DNA of 64,000 nt, taken from positions 116,665 to 180,664 of the forward strand of contig NIVC01002363.1 of NCBI GenBank assembly GCA_002269645.1, given 5' to 3'. This stretch comes from Macrostomum lignano (lineage: Eukaryota). Below are positions 58,599 through 64,000 of this stretch, piece by piece (within the stretch, counting starts at the first letter, position 1; each line of letters opens with the position of its first letter). The notes below the pieces were generated by a model. It was not told the DNA's origin, did not search any database, and worked only from the letters and a program-made list of their open reading frames with translations. A program made the position numbers and the translations under genes.

Positions 58599-59233
58599 AT
58601 AATTGGCCCGAACATCTGGTTTTAAGAATCGACAAAATCGAGCCCGAACTCATTGGCTGGAGCCTCGAATCGAGCTGCGACTACATGTACAAGCTGACCT
58701 GCTACAGGTGCTCCGAATCACTGGATCCTCTGAGAAGCAGATTCAAGCTGAAGGAAACACAGAACTGTGAGCGGTGCGACCAGAGCATCCTGCTGGTCAG
58801 ATCGAAGAACAATCAAATCAACAAGTGGCAACGCATCCGAGACAGACAAGGACATCTGGTCATATGTGATCTCTACCAATCAAACAAATGCAGGCGCTCC
58901 GAATGTGACTTCGCTCATGGCGATGTGGAACTGAAGCTGTGGAAGCTGGAGAGAATCGGCAAGCTCTCCTTCGACAAACTACTGAAGTCCAAACTGCCGC
59001 CGATTCTCTGCGAGCGGCCTGCGGTCAAAGGAGGCTCGGAGCCCCAGATTGTCTACACGGGTCCGGAGCCGCTTCGCGCCAGACTCCCTGTGAAACGTAA
59101 AGATTTCCACACTCTCTGCAACTCGCTGTTTCAAAGAAAAGAGTGCCTACATTACAAGTATAATCGCGGCAACTGCTTCTATGCTCACTGTGCTGAGGAA
59201 GAGCAGCTGTGGAACATATTGCGAAAGAAAAAG
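58599..59233 (+). CDS. TPR-HEPN-CCCH protein, exon 3 (duplicate zinc module)
   Basis: TTTTAG acceptor phase 1 in frame with ORF 58685; CYRC..CERC, C-x7-C-x4-C-x3-H, C-x8-C-x9-C-x3-H; donor GTAAGA. Confidence 0.85.
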
Positions 59234-60200
59234 GTAAGATAATCATATTGATATGCTATTAGAGTACGTTTTTAACCTTCGCTATTCTCTCTTCGTAAAT
59301 TAGAACCATGGTTTGGACCATAGATCTTATATTCCCTAGATAGGCCACTTTGTATGGCGTAAATAGAGAAAGCGCGACCGCTGTTTTTCGTCACTTGTGC
59401 TTTTGTGCTTGTGTTTTTCGTTTTTCGTCACATGGTTGCTTAAATTTTGAGTTCAGTAGCTTAGAGACATAGACGCTATTTTTGAGAATTTAATAGAACT
59501 TCTCATGAATTGAATAAAAAGCTACTCAATCAAACTATGAATGGTGCATGCACTGCAGAGACTACGGACGAAATTGAGTTCAGTAGTTGATTTTCGCGCT
59601 GTCGCAAGTTGCAAATGTTTTTACATTAGCTTTATGGCCACATGAGTGGTTAATGAGTGGCCCATCCTGTGTATATATGATCTTTGGTTTGGACTCATGT
59701 TTGATTTGGGTGCGCATTTTAGCAATGTGCATTGTAACACGATATAAATGTGTAAAAGCGTGCATTAAACGCTAGAAGCGGGCTTAAATGGCTCGTGATC
59801 GCGTATTGGCTGGAGTCATTTAATGCACGAGAAATATATATCGTGTTACAATACTACTCAATACTTGGTTTTTCTGGCTTAAATGGCTAGGTCACGATTG
59901 CGCACTGTGCTCAAAACCAAGTATTGAATCCTATATTCGGCTGTAAATGTTTTGATAAGCGGAATTTTCATCTATGGATCATCCTGTCAAATATTGTCTC
60001 ATTTTGAATTGCAGAATTGTATGCGAAAATTCTATCTTTAGCTATCAGAGATTTACTGTGTGCCAACTAAATCATGTTACCCTTCCCATATAATCTGTTT
60101 ATATATGACGCTGTTTTCTTGGCCTCTACCTACATGTACAAAATGCAATACAGAGTTACCTCCTCTTACGCTCGTATCTAACACGCTCAATTACATTTAG

Positions 60201-60553
60201 AGAAGTGGCCTCTGGAGCTGCGAGCACTGATCGACCGAATCCAGCCTCAGCCACAACCGAGGCAGCAGCAGCAGCAGCAGCAGCAAGGAAGTTTCGGAAC
60301 TGAACAACATTCCTTCGGAGAATGCGGCGCCCACAGGGCCAGCAACAGCAGATCAGAGCGGGGCTGCGCTGTAGGTCAAGATGCTCCTTGCTCAACGCAA
60401 CAGCAATTAGGAACTTGGCGGCCGGCAACATCAAATCGGAGCGGGACTGCACTATCTGCCGTAGGTCAGGCTGCTCCTTACCCACCACAACATCAAGGAA
60501 GTCGGCAGCCAGCGACATCAGGTCAGCAGAAGGACAAAATTCGCGACAAATAA
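60201..60553 (+). CDS. TPR-HEPN-CCCH protein, terminal Q-rich exon
   Basis: KWPLELRALIDRIQP echoes the NWPEHLVLRIDKIEP linker of exon 3; poly-Q; TAA 60551-60553; splice phase from exon 3 is off by one. Confidence 0.6.
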
Positions 60554-60959
60554 ATCAAAGGGTCAGCAGAGCTCCAAGAGCATCAGATTTGAGGATCTCC
60601 TTGAAGAGGAAGAATAACCTTTAAAAGACTGTCCTTGCTGAATTTTTCCTATCTACTATACCTTGTACTTACACTTAAGTTATTCGTCTAACTCTCTGGA
60701 ACAGCTTCCCGAAATTGAAACAAATTTTAGCGCACAAGGGCCGCTAAAAAGGAATCCGCGCAGTTTTGTCTTAATAAAATCAAATGAAACTCTGATTGAT
60801 GAAATCAACCAATACCTAACTAAAATGAGCTCGTGACTTGATCAGATCCCTCACTCCCTTTATACTTGTATTCTATCAATCTGGTGGTTCTATATTCGTG
60901 CGATGGATCAAATTTGGTCTACAAAGTGAACAAAAATCTAAGAAAAGCAAAATTCAATT

Positions 60960-61130
60960 GGGCCCGGCCATAGACTACAGAAACGTATTTATTCCCCACT
61001 TGGGCCCGGCCATAGACTACAGAAACGTATTTATTCCCCACTTGGGCCCGGTCATAGACTACAGAAACGTATTTATTCCCCTTGGGCCCGGCCATAGACT
61101 ACAGAAACGTATTTATTCCTCACTGGCGCA
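60960..61130. repeat. 42-bp tandem repeat (~4 copies)
   Basis: GGGCCCGGCCATAGACTACAGAAACGTATTTATTCCCCACTT. Confidence 0.88.
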
Positions 61131-64000
61131 ATAAAGCTTCAAAACTTTATAAAGTTTTATTTCTTTTATCAGCCTTTTTATCGACTTGTCTATATTTGCT
61201 AATCTATATTCGTGATCTGCAATATTACTTAATTACCTTCAGTCCACCACTATTATAATAATTAAATAAGCGCCGTGCAGTCGGTACTTTAATTTTACAT
61301 TTTTCCATTTTTAAAATTGTATTGAAGCACGAAACAGTTAAAATCGATTTTTATTTCTCGAGTCTCCGGTTTACAGTCTTTGCCTTTTTCGGTACTTTTG
61401 CTAGTCAAGCCAGTTTATGGCAGGTTTTTAAACCGTTGAAACTTTTTCCAGTCTCTGGTTTACAGTTTGTGGTTTTCTCGCGGTAGGTTTGTTAGTCAAA
61501 CCATCTTTGCAATTACGAGTTTATTAACCATAACTCATAATTGCAATATCCTTTAAACTCCCTCCAAGCTTTTGCCGTTATGTATGCACTAATAGGTGGC
61601 AGAGTTATTAAGTGTTGCTTAACTGATTATGGCTGTGGATAATTTATGCTACTAATTTTTTTATCATCATAACTTTTCCATATCTTCTCAGCTATTCGCA
61701 AAATATTTATATGCATATTAACTATAAACCAATACATCGATATATGAGGTTAACGCTATCCCCATCTGGATATGTCTACCGGCCTGTGTGGCTACGCTTA
61801 TTGCGCGTCTGAAAAGAAGCTTCAACAGAGTCTAATATTGATGTCTTGAATTTTACTTTTTAAGCAACAGTATTACTGTTGGTAGTACTACAGTAGCAGT
61901 AGTACTTCGCCCGTTCAACTGCACACACTTGTGCTTGCTGATCAACGTCAGCAAATGCATTCTGTTGGAATGAGGTCTTCCCAGCTGCTTCACAAGGATG
62001 TAGTGAATGTTCGTCCGTGGAATGTCCATGCAAGATGTCTTCGAGCTATCGTAGATTCACTCTTAGATCTGCACCCACCCAGTGTCTGTTGAGCACGATG
62101 ATGCACTCGCTTTTTTCTATTGCTGAAGTTCTATCATAGCTCGTATTATATAAATAACGGCTTGCGAGCTTCAGCTATAGAGTTTTCTAGAGCTCAACAA
62201 ACTGTGACATGTATATAGTAGTCTCAGAAGGAATATAATTGAATTACTACACATTTCATAGTATCTTGAAACTGTTGCTCAACTTGATCCAGCTCGTCTA
62301 GAAAATTCTGTCGACCTGTGGCTTCTTACCGAAAGAGTGCGTCATAGAATGCATTGAGCAGCTTCATTTTATGCGCTAGTCGTGTTCTGTAGTGGCTGCA
62401 CCGCATGCTTTGAGCCGCTGCTCCGCCTAATGATTGATGGTCACGACTTCGTATTGAAAAAAACGTTCGAGACGTCCTCACCAAGATGAAGGTCTCAAGG
62501 TCACCACATCAGGCCCTTGTCGAAAGCCATGGCAACATGACAATGCCTTCGCATACGTAGGGATCCCACAGTGAAGTTACGGATGCACGGACTTCTCTAC
62601 TAAGTCAGTGCACTGTATGTCACCCACATATAGTGGGGTGTGGCTACGCGTTGGAATGGTGCACTTTGATGTATTGACGACTGTGACGATATGGGGGAGT
62701 GGGGAGTAAGCGCGTGCTCTCAGCAATAAGCTCAAAGGGGAGTTATATAGTAATGAATTTATCACAGTTTAAACTCGTTTCACCTTTTATTGCCTCAGCT
62801 CGGATAATCATGCAGGTGCAGCGGTGGCAATTTGAGATGGTGTTGAGCCTATCGTAGGGTAGATGGGTACGGGTGGCTCGGCAGATGCTACTGTTCTGTT
62901 GCACAGAGGAAAGAGAAATCAGAGAACAAGCCTATAGGGCTGTTTACGCAGGTTTGTGCCAGACGTGCACTGTAAGAACAAAGAGCTGGAATATTGTTAC
63001 TCCGCTCGCTGGGCGGAGGGGTTTTATTTTAGCATTAAAAACTGGACCGCAACACTGTGTTCCCCATAGTTCGCATATTTGTGCTTCTATTTATTTTGGC
63101 TCAACCGACGCCGAGTAAGTTTATGGGGCCCTGAAAAGGGCCGTTTGAATTTCCAGTCACCTCTTAATACACAACAGCTAGTCTGCAGCTGGTGCAGTCG
63201 GTGCAGCCGTCCCGCATTATCTTCAGCTCAAAACGCCGCAGGACCATGCAGACGAAACACGCGGAAGTGATGCTGAATCGATGATATCCGTGTAGATCAC
63301 TGCCGTCTGTGGAGTCGAGAGCTCCCATGCAGGTAGGCGCAATGTCTCTCATTTGTGCAGAGCATCGCTTAGCGCACCCGATGACATTGACAACATATGC
63401 TTGGTCCAGCGTAGATCATGCGCGAGCGTTACGACTCGTACAGTTCAAGGACTGCTGAAAAAATCATATATCTACTTACCTACTTCAAGTAATCTACTTA
63501 ACTAGTCCTTAATTAAAGCGTTTCACCTAGGCATTTTGTTTCTTGTGGGATGTCCTTTCTATAGATGGTGTCTCGCATGCTCCACCACTTCCGCTTCTGG
63601 TGAAAAAATGGCCACCATCGTCTTGGCGTTGCTAATTTATAGTTAGGCAATGTTGGGTAGCCCATTGCTCCTTATGGCGAACTGCTGCATCAGGTTCCGG
63701 AGAAAGCTGGTGTCAGGGCCACTGAAAAAAGCTACGACATCCGCGTAACCGCACGGCTCTGATGATGCTGCTGGGGGCGTCAATTGTCAGGAGTTCGTCG
63801 TCGATCACAAGTTCCAGATCAGGTAGGTGAGCACCGCCTTTGGTTCCGCCCTTCATCACCGTGTGGTTTCAGCATCCACATTGAGCTGTCACCGTTCTGT
63901 TTCGGATCATAAAGTGATGATCCATCGCACAACACTTGGTCTGACCTTTTTCTCTTTCCTTTCCCTTTCTCTTTCCTCTTTCCTCTTTCTCTTTCTCTTT

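Noticed and set aside
62300-63900. Decayed LINE remnant (minus-strand AMAFDKGLMW-like fragment near 62520)
   Set aside because: A single weak motif amid stops; not enough support without an alignment.

Overview
Eukaryotic (metazoan) genomic DNA with GT-AG introns and very dense minisatellites and transposons. The style suggests a free-living flatworm such as Macrostomum, but that is inference only. No prokaryotic operons, rRNA, intact tRNA or CRISPR arrays were found. Four host genes were reconstructed by hand with phase-consistent splice sites: (1) Greatwall/MASTL kinase (-, 3 exons, 714-4424, ~563 aa); (2) an unnamed 17-exon ARM-repeat + 3xFN3 + disordered-tail protein (+, 14079-25958, ~1039 aa); (3) a prohormone-4/IDLSRF-like LDLa neuropeptide precursor (-, 28011-31795, ~246 aa); (4) the best novelty candidate, a 4-exon gene (+, 45642-60553, ~1480 aa once two 1-nt A-run disruptions are repaired). 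Gene 4 joins a TPR-like helical N-terminus, a putative HEPN-like RNase domain whose NxxKH motif is hidden by a 1-nt frameshift, two duplicated zinc-ribbon + CCCH modules of ZC3H7/HELZ2 type, and a Q-rich tail. An orphan paralogous 3' end of gene 4 lies at 39067-42000. Mobile DNA: two Ty3/Gypsy LTR elements, two Helitron2/Helentron-like non-autonomous elements, an RTE-like LINE, a CORE-type SINE, a decayed CMC/EnSpm-like transposase, several 8-bp-TSD MITEs (one only 40 bp) and two foldback structures. All domain calls are from motif recognition, not database searches.
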